A stretch of 64,000 bases of DNA from Bacilli bacterium (GTDB lineage Bacteria > Bacillota_I > Bacilli_A > RF39 > UBA660): positions 4,762 to 68,761 of the forward strand of contig CAAHEC010000058.1 of NCBI GenBank assembly GCA_900772415.1. Direction: 5' to 3'. The translations under genes were made by a program, and so were the position numbers. The notes below the pieces were generated by a model. That model saw only the letters and a program-made list of their open reading frames with translations. It ran no database searches and was not told the DNA's origin. Positions 50,538 to 61,171 of the stretch are shown piece after piece. Each line of letters starts with the position of its first letter. Positions within the stretch are counted from its first letter, which is position 1.

Positions 50538-53261
50538 ATGAGAAAATTAAATAGTAAAGAGCTTAGATCTGAATGGATAAAATTTTACGAAGAAAGAGGG
50601 CACAAAAATATAGGTGCGGTATCTCTAATTGGTGATGGAACAACAGGGGTATTATTTAATGTTGCGGGAATGCAACCTTTAATGCCATATCTTTTAGGAG
50701 AAAAACACCCTCTTGGTAAAAGATTATGTAATGTTCAAGGATGCGTTAGAACTAATGATATAGAATCTGTAGGGGATTCATCTCATGCTACGTTTTTTGA
50801 AATGATGGGAAGTTGGAGTCTTGGTGATTATTTTAAAGAAGAAAGATGTAAATGGAGTTATGAGTTATTTACAAAGGTTCTTTTAATTCCAAGAGAAAGG
50901 CTTGCTACAACTTGTTTTTGTGGTGATGAAAATGCTCCTAGAGATACTGAGGCAGCTATCATTAAAGAAAAAGTTGGTTTTAAAAAAGAAAATATTTATT
51001 TTTTACCAAAAAGTGAAAATTGGTGGGAGATAGAATCTGGCCCTTGTGGTCCTGATAGTGAATATTTTTATATAACAGATAAACCAGCATGTGGAAAGAA
51101 TTGTAACCCTTCGTGTGCCTGTGGACATTTTATTGAAATAGGTAATGATGTATTCATGCAATATGAAAAAATAGGTAAAAATAAGTATGTTCCTTTAAAA
51201 AATAAAAACGTAGATACAGGTTGGGGACTTGAAAGAATTCTTGCATTTTTAAATACTGATGATGGAGATATTTATAAAACTGATTTATATACTGGTGCTA
51301 TGAATATTATTTTAGAAAAATTAAATTATAAATATAATGATAACGAAGAAACAGATAAATCAATTAGAATTCTTTTAGATCATACAAGAACTGCTACTAT
51401 GCTTTTAGGTGATGAGAAACATTTAACACCATCTAATGTTGGTGCAGGCTATATTCTAAGAAGGCTTATTAGAAGGGGAATAAGACATATTAAAAAACTT
51501 AACTTACAACCTTCCATAATGACGGATATATCTAAATATTTTATTGAAAACGTATATAACACAAGCTATCCTAATTTATTAGAATCCGAAGAATTTATAT
51601 TAAATGAAATAACAAAAGAAACAAATAATTTTTTAAAAACTTTATCCCATGGTTTAAAAGAATTAGAGAAGATGATTGAAAAAAATATAACTAATAACAA
51701 TAGAAAATTAGATTCATCTTTATGTTTTAAATTATATGATACATATGGTTTTCCTTTTGAACTTACAAGCGAAATTTTAAAAGAAAAAAATATATCGGCA
51801 TCAAGAGAAGAGTTTGATTTATATATGAAATCCCAAAAAGAATTAGCAAGGCAAAATGTTAAAAAAATAGATGAATTAAAGATATTAGGCGATATAGTTA
51901 ATTTCAAAGACAAAAGTAAGTTTGTTTATGATTCTTTAGAGACTGAATCTAAAGTGATATATGCATCGGATAATAGTGGTAATGAATCAGAAATATATAC
52001 AGAAGGTATTGTTATTCTTGATGTAACTCCTTTTTATGCAACAATGGGCGGTCAAATTGGAGATATTGGATATTTAACTAATTCTAATGGTTTAAAAGCT
52101 GAAGTAATTAAAACTGAAAAAACTCCTAATAATCAAAATGCAATGTATATAAGGATAATTGGTGGAAGTATTAAAGTTGGTGATACCGTAAAGGCTAAAG
52201 TAAACAAAGAATATAGATTTACTACGTGTCAAAATCATACTGCAACTCATTTACTTCAAAGATCATTACAAGAGGTTTTAGGCGATGAAGTGGTTCAAGC
52301 TGGTAGTTTTGTAAATGACAAAACTTTAAGATTTGATTTTAAGTACTCAGGTAAAATAAGTGATGATAAGGTGATAGAAGTAGAAGATTTAGTTAATCAG
52401 AAAATAGCAGCATGCTATCCCGCTGAAATAAGCAAAATGAGTATTGAAGATGCTAAAAGGATGGGTGCTATGGCATTATTTGATGAAAAGTATGGAAATC
52501 AAGTAAGAGTTGTTAAATTTGGTAATTCAATTGAATTATGTGGTGGTACTCATGTTTCTAATACTGGAGATATAAGACGTTTTGCAATTAAATCAATAGA
52601 ATCTAAAGGTCTTAATATTTATAGAATAGAAGCGGTTTGTGATACTAATTTAGAAATAGAGTTATTTGATGTTATTAAACCTTATAATGATGAAATGATT
52701 TTACTTTTAAAAAAGGCAAAAAAAATAATAAGTGACGCAGAAAAAAAGAGTATTAATCTTTCATTAGATGTTAATATATCTAATGAAAGACCAAAGAGTT
52801 ATAAAGATATAATAGAAAATCAAAACGAAGTTAAGGATGTAAGAAAAAAGGTGGCTATTTTAGAGAAAACTTATAATCAAGAATTAACTAATAAGTTACT
52901 TTCAAATACACATTCTTATGTTAAAGAAAAGGTATGTGGAATATACGGAGATGTATTTATTAAAACGTTTAATAATGAATCCATTGATGCTTTAAAGCAA
53001 CTTTCATCGTCAATTGTTAATGAACTTGAAAATGGAATTGCATTTTTAGTGAATATAAGAGACAATTCTCTTAACTTTATTGCAAAGGAGTCTAGTTCGT
53101 TAAAAGATAAATTTAGCGTTGGAGATTTAATTAAAAATGTATCAAAAATAGCCTCGGGTTCTGGTGGAGGAAGTGCTTTGTTTGCTCAAGGTGGCGGGCC
53201 TTCAGTTGATAAATTAGATATGATATTGACTTATGTTAAATCTTTGATTGTAAAAGAATAA
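50538..53261 (+). CDS. alaS: Alanine--tRNA ligase
   Basis: FNVAGMQP, FFEMMGSWSLGDYF, editing-domain HTATHLL and CGGTHV, C-terminal DHHA1 (GSGGGSALFAQGGG). 907 aa. Confidence 0.95.
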   Translation: MRKLNSKELRSEWIKFYEERGHKNIGAVSLIGDGTTGVLFNVAGMQPLMPYLLGEKHPLGKRLCNVQGCVRTNDIESVGDSSHATFFEMMGSWSLGDYFKEERCKWSYELFTKVLLIPRERLATTCFCGDENAPRDTEAAIIKEKVGFKKENIYFLPKSENWWEIESGPCGPDSEYFYITDKPACGKNCNPSCACGHFIEIGNDVFMQYEKIGKNKYVPLKNKNVDTGWGLERILAFLNTDDGDIYKTDLYTGAMNIILEKLNYKYNDNEETDKSIRILLDHTRTATMLLGDEKHLTPSNVGAGYILRRLIRRGIRHIKKLNLQPSIMTDISKYFIENVYNTSYPNLLESEEFILNEITKETNNFLKTLSHGLKELEKMIEKNITNNNRKLDSSLCFKLYDTYGFPFELTSEILKEKNISASREEFDLYMKSQKELARQNVKKIDELKILGDIVNFKDKSKFVYDSLETESKVIYASDNSGNESEIYTEGIVILDVTPFYATMGGQIGDIGYLTNSNGLKAEVIKTEKTPNNQNAMYIRIIGGSIKVGDTVKAKVNKEYRFTTCQNHTATHLLQRSLQEVLGDEVVQAGSFVNDKTLRFDFKYSGKISDDKVIEVEDLVNQKIAACYPAEISKMSIEDAKRMGAMALFDEKYGNQVRVVKFGNSIELCGGTHVSNTGDIRRFAIKSIESKGLNIYRIEAVCDTNLEIELFDVIKPYNDEMILLLKKAKKIISDAEKKSINLSLDVNISNERPKSYKDIIENQNEVKDVRKKVAILEKTYNQELTNKLLSNTHSYVKEKVCGIYGDVFIKTFNNESIDALKQLSSSIVNELENGIAFLVNIRDNSLNFIAKESSSLKDKFSVGDLIKNVSKIASGSGGGSALFAQGGGPSVDKLDMILTYVKSLIVKE

Positions 53262-53274
53262 TGAGGTTTTAATT

Positions 53275-54369
53275 ATGAATAATAGTAATGGTCATGTAAA
53301 AAAAAGAAAATTAAAGAAGTGGGTTAAATGTTTACTTATTTTATTTTTAATATTTACTTTAATGTTTACAACTTATAAGTTTTTGTTTTCTAAAACTTCT
53401 TTTAAAAGACAGGAAGTATTATTTAAGGTAGAAGATGGTTCATCTGTTTATAAAGTTGGTAAAAAATTAAAGGAAAAAGGTTTAATTCATAGTTACTATG
53501 CTTATAAAATATACGTTAAATTAAATAACATTAACGCTTATAAAGCTGGAACTTATAGGTTGGATAAAACTTATAATTTAAAGAAAATAGTAAGTATATT
53601 ATTAGGAAAAACATATTTAGAAGATGGCTATAAAGTGACTTTTAAAGAGGGAAAAAACATACGAGAAATTGCTAAAACAATTAGTAATAATACTAATTTA
53701 AAAGAAGAAGATTTTTACAATTTGTTAAACGATGAATCTTATATAGATAGTTTAATTAATAAGTATTGGTTTTTAACTAATGATATAAAAAATAAGGAAA
53801 TTTACTATCCTTTAGAGGGTTATTTATACCCAGATACTTATTATTTTAATACCAATGTAACATGTGATGTAATAATAAATACTATGTTAAGGAAAACTGA
53901 TAAAGTTTTAACTAAGTATAAAAGTTCTATTTTAAATAGTGGAATGACAATTAATCAAGTAGTTACATTATCTTCTATAATAGAACAGGAAGGTTTATAT
54001 AAAGATGATAGAAAAAAAATTGCAGGTGTATTCTATAATAGATTAAAATCTAATATGTCATTAGGCAGTGATATTACAACATATTACGCATTTAAGGTTG
54101 ATCTTGGAACTCGCGATTTAACAACAAAAGAAATAAATACTTATAATCCTTATAATACTCGTGGCCCTTTAATGAATGGGAAATTACCTGTCGGTGCTGT
54201 TGGAAATTTTAGTGAGTCCTCATTAGATGCAACTTTAAATCCAGATGTTAGTGATTATTATTATTTTGTTGCAGATAAAAATGGAAAAACACATTTTACT
54301 AGAACTTATAGTGAACATCAAAAAGTAATAAAAGAATTAAAAGAAAGCAATAATTGGATTTCATTTTAA
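53275..54369 (+). CDS. mltG: Endolytic murein transglycosylase MltG (YceG-like)
   Basis: N-terminal TM, LysM-like module, YceG core (LEGYLYPDTY, SIIEQEG, VFYNRL). Synteny after alaS. Confidence 0.85.
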   Translation: MNNSNGHVKKRKLKKWVKCLLILFLIFTLMFTTYKFLFSKTSFKRQEVLFKVEDGSSVYKVGKKLKEKGLIHSYYAYKIYVKLNNINAYKAGTYRLDKTYNLKKIVSILLGKTYLEDGYKVTFKEGKNIREIAKTISNNTNLKEEDFYNLLNDESYIDSLINKYWFLTNDIKNKEIYYPLEGYLYPDTYYFNTNVTCDVIINTMLRKTDKVLTKYKSSILNSGMTINQVVTLSSIIEQEGLYKDDRKKIAGVFYNRLKSNMSLGSDITTYYAFKVDLGTRDLTTKEINTYNPYNTRGPLMNGKLPVGAVGNFSESSLDATLNPDVSDYYYFVADKNGKTHFTRTYSEHQKVIKELKESNNWISF

Positions 54370-54437
54370 GGAATATTGATTCAAAATATTCTTTTTTTAT
54401 TAATTATGTTATAATTGTTAATGTTAAGGAGAAAAAA

Positions 54438-55325
54438 ATGAGATCAGGATTTGTAAGTTTAACAGGAAGACCAAACGTAGGTAAATCAACATTAATTAAT
54501 GCTATTGTAGGATATAAAGTTGCAATTACATCTGATAAATCAGGAACAACAAGAAATGTACTACAAGGTATATATAATGATAGTGATAGTCAAATAGTAT
54601 TTGTCGATACTCCAGGTATTCATAAACCTATTAATAAGTTGGGACAAAGGCTTAATTCTGAAGCATATTATTCTATTGATGATGTTGATGTTATTTTATT
54701 TTTAGTTGATGCAACTAAAGAATTAGGTAATGGTGATAAATTTGTTATTAATAAATTAAAAGAGGTTAATAAACCAGTATTTTTAATATTGAATAAGATA
54801 GATAAAATAAAAAAGGAAAAACTTTTTGAGATAATACTTAAATATAAAAAATTGTATGACTTTAAGGAAATAATACCATTATCGGCATTAAAAAAAGATG
54901 GTATTAATGAACTTATTAAAACCTTAAAAAACTATTTACCTGATAATGTTATGTATTTCCCTTTAGATAGTTTAACTAATACAACATTAGATTTTAGAAT
55001 ATCTGAATTAATAAGAGAAAAGATACTTAGATTAACTAATGATGAAGTTCCTCACGCTATTACTTGTGTTACATCTAATTTGGTTGTAAAAAAAGATAAA
55101 ATTATAGTGGATGCGGTAATTATTGTGGAACGAGACTCACTAAAAAGTATAATAATTGGAAAAAAAGGAGCAATGATTAAAGAAATTGGTTCTAAAGCTA
55201 GATTAGATATTGAAAAAATGACTAATAAGAAAGTATATTTAAATTTACTTGTTAAAACAATTAAAAACTGGAGAGATAAAGAAAAATATCTAAAAGAATT
55301 AGGTTTTTATGATACCGATGAATAA
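54438..55325 (+). CDS. era: GTPase Era
   Basis: G1 GRPNVGKST, G3 DTPG, G4 NKID, C-terminal KH domain. ATG 54438 with RBS aaggag. Confidence 0.95.
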   Translation: MRSGFVSLTGRPNVGKSTLINAIVGYKVAITSDKSGTTRNVLQGIYNDSDSQIVFVDTPGIHKPINKLGQRLNSEAYYSIDDVDVILFLVDATKELGNGDKFVINKLKEVNKPVFLILNKIDKIKKEKLFEIILKYKKLYDFKEIIPLSALKKDGINELIKTLKNYLPDNVMYFPLDSLTNTTLDFRISELIREKILRLTNDEVPHAITCVTSNLVVKKDKIIVDAVIIVERDSLKSIIIGKKGAMIKEIGSKARLDIEKMTNKKVYLNLLVKTIKNWRDKEKYLKELGFYDTDE

Positions 55326-55370
55326 CTTTTAAATTAAATTACCACTATATAAATAGAAAGGTGTGGTAAT

Positions 55371-55463
55371 ATGTCTAGTAATGATGCTTGGGAGTTGTTT
55401 AAAAAAACTGGAGAGATAAAATATTTTTTAAAATATAAAAAAGCTTTAAAGAAAGAAGAATAA
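55371..55463 (+). CDS. yqzL: YqzL-family small protein (30 aa, not in the ORF track)
   Basis: MSSNDAWELFKKTGEIKYFLKYKKALKKEE. The W..F..TG.i..YL.yK pattern and the era-yqzL-recO position match B. subtilis. Confidence 0.6.
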   Translation: MSSNDAWELFKKTGEIKYFLKYKKALKKEE

Positions 55464-55468
55464 AACTT

Positions 55469-56203
55469 ATGCAGTTAAAGAAGTTTGAAGGTTTTATAGT
55501 TGATGAGAAATCTTATAAAGAAACAAGTAAGATATTAAATATAATTACAAAAGATGGCTTAAAAATAGGAGTAGTGTCAAAAGGCTGTAAAAAAATGAAA
55601 AGTAATTTAAGAAGTGTAAGTCAAAAATTTACCTATGCAAATTTTATAATAAGTTATAAGGAAGATGGACTATCAACACTCATATCAGCAGATATTATTA
55701 ATCCGTTTTTAAATATAAAAAAAGATATTGAAAAAATATCATATGTTAATTTTATAACAGACCTAACTAATCAAGTAATAAAGCAGTCTAAAAATAAGAA
55801 TATATATGATATATTGATATCTTCCATTTTAAAGATAGATGAGGGATATGATCCCCTTATTATATGTGACATTTTAGAAATAAAATATTTGGACTTTTTA
55901 GGTATCTCGCCTTACTTTGATGGTTGTGTTGTTTGCAATAATAAAAATATAGTTACTTTAAGTTTGGAAAAAGGTGGTTTTGTATGTCTTAAAGATTATG
56001 ATAATGAATATATTGTAAGTGATAAAACAATAAAAGTAATAAGAATGCTAAAGTATGTTGATATAAAAAAGATAAAAAGGGTAAGTTTAACTTCTAAAGT
56101 AAAAGAGGAAATAAATAATTTTATAGATGAGTATTATGATAAATATACTGGACTTTATTTAAAAAGCAAGGATTTTTTAAAAAACGTTGTTAATTTAAAA
56201 TGA
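55469..56203 (+). CDS. recO: DNA repair protein RecO
   Basis: OB-fold N-terminus, Cys motif CVVCN...C. era-recO synteny. 244 aa. Confidence 0.85.
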   Translation: MQLKKFEGFIVDEKSYKETSKILNIITKDGLKIGVVSKGCKKMKSNLRSVSQKFTYANFIISYKEDGLSTLISADIINPFLNIKKDIEKISYVNFITDLTNQVIKQSKNKNIYDILISSILKIDEGYDPLIICDILEIKYLDFLGISPYFDGCVVCNNKNIVTLSLEKGGFVCLKDYDNEYIVSDKTIKVIRMLKYVDIKKIKRVSLTSKVKEEINNFIDEYYDKYTGLYLKSKDFLKNVVNLK

Positions 56204-56224
56204 TATGTGATATAATATCATTGT

Positions 56225-56346
56225 ATAAATGTGTGATGACAAAGCTTGGAAACTTTATCAGCAGTATAAAAAAAGATGATTCTTCTAGAATAAAAAGGGT
56301 GGAACCGCGGATTTTAAATTCGTCCCTTATGTGCTAGAAGATTTTT
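56225..56346 (+). promoter_or_regulatory. Short glyQS-type T-box leader (tRNA-Gly responsive)
   Basis: -10 tataat at 56211-56216. Candidate specifier GGA at 56248-56250 followed by A. T-box aaagggtggaaccgcgg (56294-56310) with bulge tggA matching U73 of tRNA-Gly. Flanking tcttctag (56281-56288) / ctagaaga (56334-56341) plus T-run. Confidence 0.8.
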
Positions 56347-56370
56347 ATATTTAGAAAGGATTAAATTAAT

Positions 56371-57027
56371 ATGGAAGATAAGTTAATGTATAGAATTAGA
56401 AGTAATAATTCTAGTAGTTATAATGATGAATATAAAAGTACAACTAGTGCTAAAGATATAGAAGATGTTATATATAATTTTTTAGATAGTAATTATATAT
56501 ACTATGTATCAAAGAAAATAGGATTTAAAAAAGATGTACTAAATAAGAATATGGTAACACTAAAATCTTTTAATAGTGTCCTTGAAACAGAAAGAGAAAT
56601 ATATGATTTTTATAAAAAAGAAATAGATAATGCTATCTTTAAAAACATTATTAGTTTAATAAATCAATACCATGATGATATTTATTCTGGTTTAGTAAAA
56701 ATAAAATTAAGTCCTACAACAAAGGCAATAAAACCTGTTTTAAAGACGAATGATGGACTTTATAAGACAAAGAAAATAATTTGGATTGATACAATATATT
56801 TAAATTATACTGATATAAATGACATAAAACTACTTAAGGAAATGATTTTAGAGGTAATTGATGATAATTTTTATAGTTCGTACTTTGATGGGGATGATCT
56901 GATTTTATCTAATAATAATAAAAAGCTAAGATTAGATAAAAATGTATATTATTTATTTGAGAGAATAAAATTGAATAAAAAACGAGAAAACAAAAATAAG
57001 TCAAAACAGTTAAGGATGGTAATATAA
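56371..57027 (+). CDS. Hypothetical protein, first cistron of the glycine T-box operon
   Basis: 218-aa ORF with RBS gaaagga. Stop 57025-57027, and the glyQS ATG follows 1 nt later. No recognisable motif. Confidence 0.5.
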   Translation: MEDKLMYRIRSNNSSSYNDEYKSTTSAKDIEDVIYNFLDSNYIYYVSKKIGFKKDVLNKNMVTLKSFNSVLETEREIYDFYKKEIDNAIFKNIISLINQYHDDIYSGLVKIKLSPTTKAIKPVLKTNDGLYKTKKIIWIDTIYLNYTDINDIKLLKEMILEVIDDNFYSSYFDGDDLILSNNNKKLRLDKNVYYLFERIKLNKKRENKNKSKQLRMVI

Positions 57028-57028
57028 T

Positions 57029-58405
57029 ATGAAAGAGAATATAACTATGGAAGAATTAGTTAATTTATGTAAACAGTACGGAATTATATATCAAGGAAGT
57101 GAAATATATGGAGGGCTTGCAAACACTTGGGATTTTGGACCAATAGGTGTAGAATTAAAGAATAATATTAAAAAAGCGTGGAAAAAAAAGTTTATACAAG
57201 AGGATTTAAATAATGTTGGACTAGATAGTGCTATTTTAATGAATCCTAAAGTGTGGGAAGCTTCAGGACATATTTCTACGTTTTCAGATCCATTAATTGA
57301 TTGTAAAAATTGTAAAACAAGATATAGAGCGGATAAATTAGTAGAAGAAACCGGTATAGAAGATGCTGGTGGAATGTCTAATAAAGATTTAATGAATTAC
57401 ATTAATGATCATAAAATAGTTTGTCCTAAATGCGGTAAGTTAGATTATACTGACATAAGACAATTTAACTTAATGTTTAAGACTTTTCAAGGAGTAACAG
57501 AAGATAGTAAAAACACTATTTATCTAAGACCAGAAACAGCTCAAGGAATTTTTGCAGATTATCAAAACATACAAAGGTCAATGCGTTTAAAACTTCCTTT
57601 TGGAGTAGGACAAGTTGGTAAAAGTTTTAGAAATGAAATAACTCCTGGTAATTTTATTTTTAGAGTAAGAGAATTCGAACAAATGGAATTGGAATTCTTT
57701 TGTAAACCGGGTACTGAACTTGATTGGTTTAAATACTATAAAGAATATTGCAAAAACTTTCTACTTTCTCTTGGCGTTAAAGAAGAAAACTTAAGACTAA
57801 GAGATCATTCTAAAGAAGAGTTAAGCTTTTACAGTAATGCAACAACGGATATAGAATACAAGTTCCCATTTGGTTGGGGTGAGTTATGGGGAATAGCAAG
57901 CCGTACCAACTATGATTTATCTCAGCACCAAAAAACATCTGGAGTTTCTATGGAGTATTTAGATCCTTTAACAAACGAAAAATATATTCCATATGTTATT
58001 GAACCTAGTGTTGGTGTTGAAAGATTGGTTCTAATGATTCTATGTAATTCATATCATAAAGAAACATTAGATAATGGCGAAGAAAGAGAAGTTATGAAAT
58101 TTCATCCTTTCTTAGCTCCTTATAAGGCCGCAATACTTCCTTTGGCTAAAAAATATCATAGTGAAAAAGCTTTGGAAGTATATAAAATGCTTTCTAAAAG
58201 TTTTATGACAACTTATGATGAAACAGGATCTATTGGTAAAAGATACAGGAGACAAGATGTTATTGGAACTCCATTTTGTATAACAGTTGATGATGAGACA
58301 ATAAATAATAATACCGTAACCATAAGGGATAGAGATTCTATGAAACAAGTTACTGTGCCAGTTTCAGAAGTTAGTAATTACATAAATTCTAAAATTACTT
58401 TTTAA
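57029..58405 (+). CDS. glyQS: Glycine--tRNA ligase (alpha2 homodimeric type)
   Basis: Class II motifs ([45 protein letters not shown]), anticodon-binding C-terminus. 458 aa. Confidence 0.95.
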   Translation: MKENITMEELVNLCKQYGIIYQGSEIYGGLANTWDFGPIGVELKNNIKKAWKKKFIQEDLNNVGLDSAILMNPKVWEASGHISTFSDPLIDCKNCKTRYRADKLVEETGIEDAGGMSNKDLMNYINDHKIVCPKCGKLDYTDIRQFNLMFKTFQGVTEDSKNTIYLRPETAQGIFADYQNIQRSMRLKLPFGVGQVGKSFRNEITPGNFIFRVREFEQMELEFFCKPGTELDWFKYYKEYCKNFLLSLGVKEENLRLRDHSKEELSFYSNATTDIEYKFPFGWGELWGIASRTNYDLSQHQKTSGVSMEYLDPLTNEKYIPYVIEPSVGVERLVLMILCNSYHKETLDNGEEREVMKFHPFLAPYKAAILPLAKKYHSEKALEVYKMLSKSFMTTYDETGSIGKRYRRQDVIGTPFCITVDDETINNNTVTIRDRDSMKQVTVPVSEVSNYINSKITF

Positions 58406-58407
58406 AG

Positions 58408-59802
58408 GTGATAAAGATGAAAGACAGTAGTAAAAGAATAACCTTAAAATCTTTAATAGAAAAAGAAGAAGAATTAATTAACTCAAAAGACTACAAAAGT
58501 GCTTTATCCACTGCAAATTTAATAGTAAGTAAATTTCCTAAAAATGCTTATGGATATAAATCATTATTAAAAATAAAAACTAATAACTTTGAAAAGTACG
58601 TAAATCAAGTGGAATTAAAAGAAATAAAAAAATATTATGAAATGGCATTTGATTTATCTAAAAAGAATGATAAAGTACATCTAAAAGAATCATTTGATAG
58701 CTATTTATATGATTTAAAAGAAGTGGATAATTTAAGTAAAATAAAAAAAGAAATAATATCTAAAGAAATTTTGAAAAAAATCGACAATGATTCTTTAACC
58801 CTTATAAATCAAGATCTAAATACAATATCAAGTTATGATTTAAGTGGTAAAAAAATAAAGAATATATATGATTTTATAAATGGTATAATTTTAATTTCTT
58901 TTCTAATATATAATATTTTTAATCCTAATTTTCTTCTTATTATAACTATTTCATTTGGTATATTTGGACTTATTACTATATATAGTTTTATAGATTCAAA
59001 TTTAATTTCTAATAGAAAAAATAATAAAAGTAGTACATTTAATGATATGGTTAACATATCTAAGCAAAATTTAGATATGTTAAAAGAAGATATTAAAAAA
59101 AACGAAGATATGATTTTATTTTATAAAAATCAGAAGTTAAACTCAATTAGTAAAATTCCGGAATCATTTAAAAGTGATATATCTTATTTAACCCTTGATA
59201 ATGAGCAGATGGAAGCAAATTTAATTATTGATTCATTAACTAGGTTAGATGTTGTAAAGTTTTCTTATTTGCTTGAAAGTAAGAGTAGTTTAAAAACAGA
59301 AGAAATAAATTTAAAAATCAATTCTTTAAAAGATGTGAGCAATAAACTAACCTTATTTATTAATGATAAGCAAATAAAGAAAAAGAGTAATATAAATGAA
59401 GCATTGCTCATGAAAGATGTAAAACCAATTAATTCGGTAGCATTAGTAATAACTCTATTAATTAGTTTGACATCTTCAGTAGTAATTTTTACTAATTTTT
59501 TTGAAGTTAATATAAGAGCATTATTAATATCATTATTAATAGGGATCTTAACTTCTTTTATTTATAATGTTGACACAGGTAAACATAAATCACTGAGTGA
59601 AATGTTTAGTGATAATTTATTATCAACTATATTTAATGCAACTATTATGTATGATTTGATATACTATAAATTATATAATCAATTATCAATTACTTATGGC
59701 TTTTTACAAATCCCTATTACGATTTGTTTGATTTTAATTGGCTATGTAATGTTAATTTCTTTATTAAAATATAAACATTTACTTAAACATTTAAGAAGTT
59801 AG
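58408..59802 (+). CDS. Hypothetical multi-pass membrane protein with a TPR-like N-terminal segment
   Basis: 464 aa with hydrophobic helices around aa 160-200 and 350-460. 2-nt gap after glyQS. Confidence 0.45.
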   Translation: MIKMKDSSKRITLKSLIEKEEELINSKDYKSALSTANLIVSKFPKNAYGYKSLLKIKTNNFEKYVNQVELKEIKKYYEMAFDLSKKNDKVHLKESFDSYLYDLKEVDNLSKIKKEIISKEILKKIDNDSLTLINQDLNTISSYDLSGKKIKNIYDFINGIILISFLIYNIFNPNFLLIITISFGIFGLITIYSFIDSNLISNRKNNKSSTFNDMVNISKQNLDMLKEDIKKNEDMILFYKNQKLNSISKIPESFKSDISYLTLDNEQMEANLIIDSLTRLDVVKFSYLLESKSSLKTEEINLKINSLKDVSNKLTLFINDKQIKKKSNINEALLMKDVKPINSVALVITLLISLTSSVVIFTNFFEVNIRALLISLLIGILTSFIYNVDTGKHKSLSEMFSDNLLSTIFNATIMYDLIYYKLYNQLSITYGFLQIPITICLILIGYVMLISLLKYKHLLKHLRS

Positions 59803-59862
59803 TATATTTTATATTTACTTTTATTTAAATGATTGATAAAGTATGTAAGTGAGGTGATATAG

Positions 59863-60114
59863 ATGGATCATAAAAATGATATTTACAATACGTTTTGCTT
59901 AATTAATACATATTTGAATAACAACATAGAGTTTTTAGAATCTTTGGAAGAAAGTCAAAGTGAACTATATTCTTATATGTCTTCTTTTGTTGATGAACTA
60001 TGTGTAAAATATAAAAAATTTTTAAATGAAAATAATTTTCAAATAATTGATGTTCCAGAAAGCATAAGGAAATATGTTTTTAATGGAAAACAAAAAAGTA
60101 TTGTTAAAAAATAA
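59863..60114 (+). CDS. Hypothetical small protein
   Basis: 83-aa ORF with RBS gaggtga. No motif. Confidence 0.4.
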   Translation: MDHKNDIYNTFCLINTYLNNNIEFLESLEESQSELYSYMSSFVDELCVKYKKFLNENNFQIIDVPESIRKYVFNGKQKSIVKK

Positions 60115-60135
60115 TTAACAATACTTTTTTATTAT

Positions 60136-60166
60136 ATAAAAAAACAAGTAAATTATATTACTTGTT
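60136..60166 (-). terminator. rpsD terminator
   Basis: aacaagtaa (60143-60151) / ttacttgtt (60158-60166). The A-run at 60136-60143 forms a T-run on the minus strand. Confidence 0.6.
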
Positions 60167-60763
60167 ATAGAATTCAACTATCATTGATTCTTTAATATCC
60201 GCTGGAAGTTCACTTCTTTCAGGCATACGAACATAAGTTCCTGATAATTTCTTTTTGTCAAAGTCCACGTAATCAACTGTTTTATTAATTTTTTCTAAAG
60301 CTTCTAAAATTGCTTTGTGATTATGAGAAGTTTCTTTAACAGCTATTACATCACCTGGTTTAACTTGATATGATGGAATATCAACTTTCTTACCATTAAC
60401 AGTAACATGTCCATGGTTAACAATTTGTCTAGCAGCCTTTCTAGTTGATGCAAGACCCATACGATATACTACATTATCTAATCTGCTTTCTAAAAGTTTT
60501 AAGAAGTTTTCACCTTGAATACCTTTCATTTTAGCTGCTTTTTCAAATGTTAATCTGAATTGTTTTTCATTAACTCCATACATTAACCTAACTTTTTGCT
60601 TTTCCATCAATTGAAGCTTATATTCAGAAGCTTTACCACGTTTTTTATCATTTCCATGTTGACCTGGACCGTAAGGTCTTTTAACTAATTCTTTTCCAGT
60701 TTCTAATAAAGAAAATCCTAAATGACGGCTTTTCTTATATACTGGACCTGTATATCTTGACAT
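60158..60763 (-). CDS. rpsD: 30S ribosomal protein S4
   Basis: [20 protein letters not shown]-terminus, S4 RNA-binding domain. 201 aa. Confidence 0.95.
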   Translation of the reverse strand: MSRYTGPVYKKSRHLGFSLLETGKELVKRPYGPGQHGNDKKRGKASEYKLQLMEKQKVRLMYGVNEKQFRLTFEKAAKMKGIQGENFLKLLESRLDNVVYRMGLASTRKAARQIVNHGHVTVNGKKVDIPSYQVKPGDVIAVKETSHNHKAILEALEKINKTVDYVDFDKKKLSGTYVRMPERSELPADIKESMIVEFYNK

Positions 60764-60924
60764 ATAATATTTCCTCCTTTGTTTTTGTAAACTAAAGGAC
60801 TATTGCCATTTAATAGGGAGTTTGTTTTAATATTTTCATCTTCGCAGCTATAAAGATTACTTATATAACCATATGCAAACAAACACGTTATTAAATTCAA
60901 ATAGTGCTGCTTAAAGTTTACACG
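60764..60924 (-). promoter_or_regulatory. Long rpsD 5' leader (candidate S4 autoregulatory leader)
   Basis: About 160 nt between the predicted TSS and the start codon. Firmicute rpsD genes are known to carry S4-binding leaders. The structure was not verified here. Confidence 0.35.
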
Positions 60925-60930
60925 TATTAG

Positions 60931-60959
60931 ATTATAGCTAATTATATGATTTAAGTCAA
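60931..60959 (-). promoter_or_regulatory. SigA-type promoter of rpsD
   Basis: Minus strand: ttgact (60959-60954), 17-nt spacer, tataat (60936-60931). Confidence 0.7.
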
Positions 60960-61171
60960 GTATTTATTGATGAAATAAGAAAATTAGGTTAATTAGAAAC
61001 CTTATTTTATGTAGTTATAATGAAAAATTAAAAATAAAAGATCTCTATATCGTGAAAATAAAGTGAATAAAATATTCATAATATGTCTTCTTATTTTTAT
61101 TATTTTATTAATTTAGTGCAAAATGTCGTAATTTATGATAAAATATTTTTATATAGTAGGAGGTATAAAAC

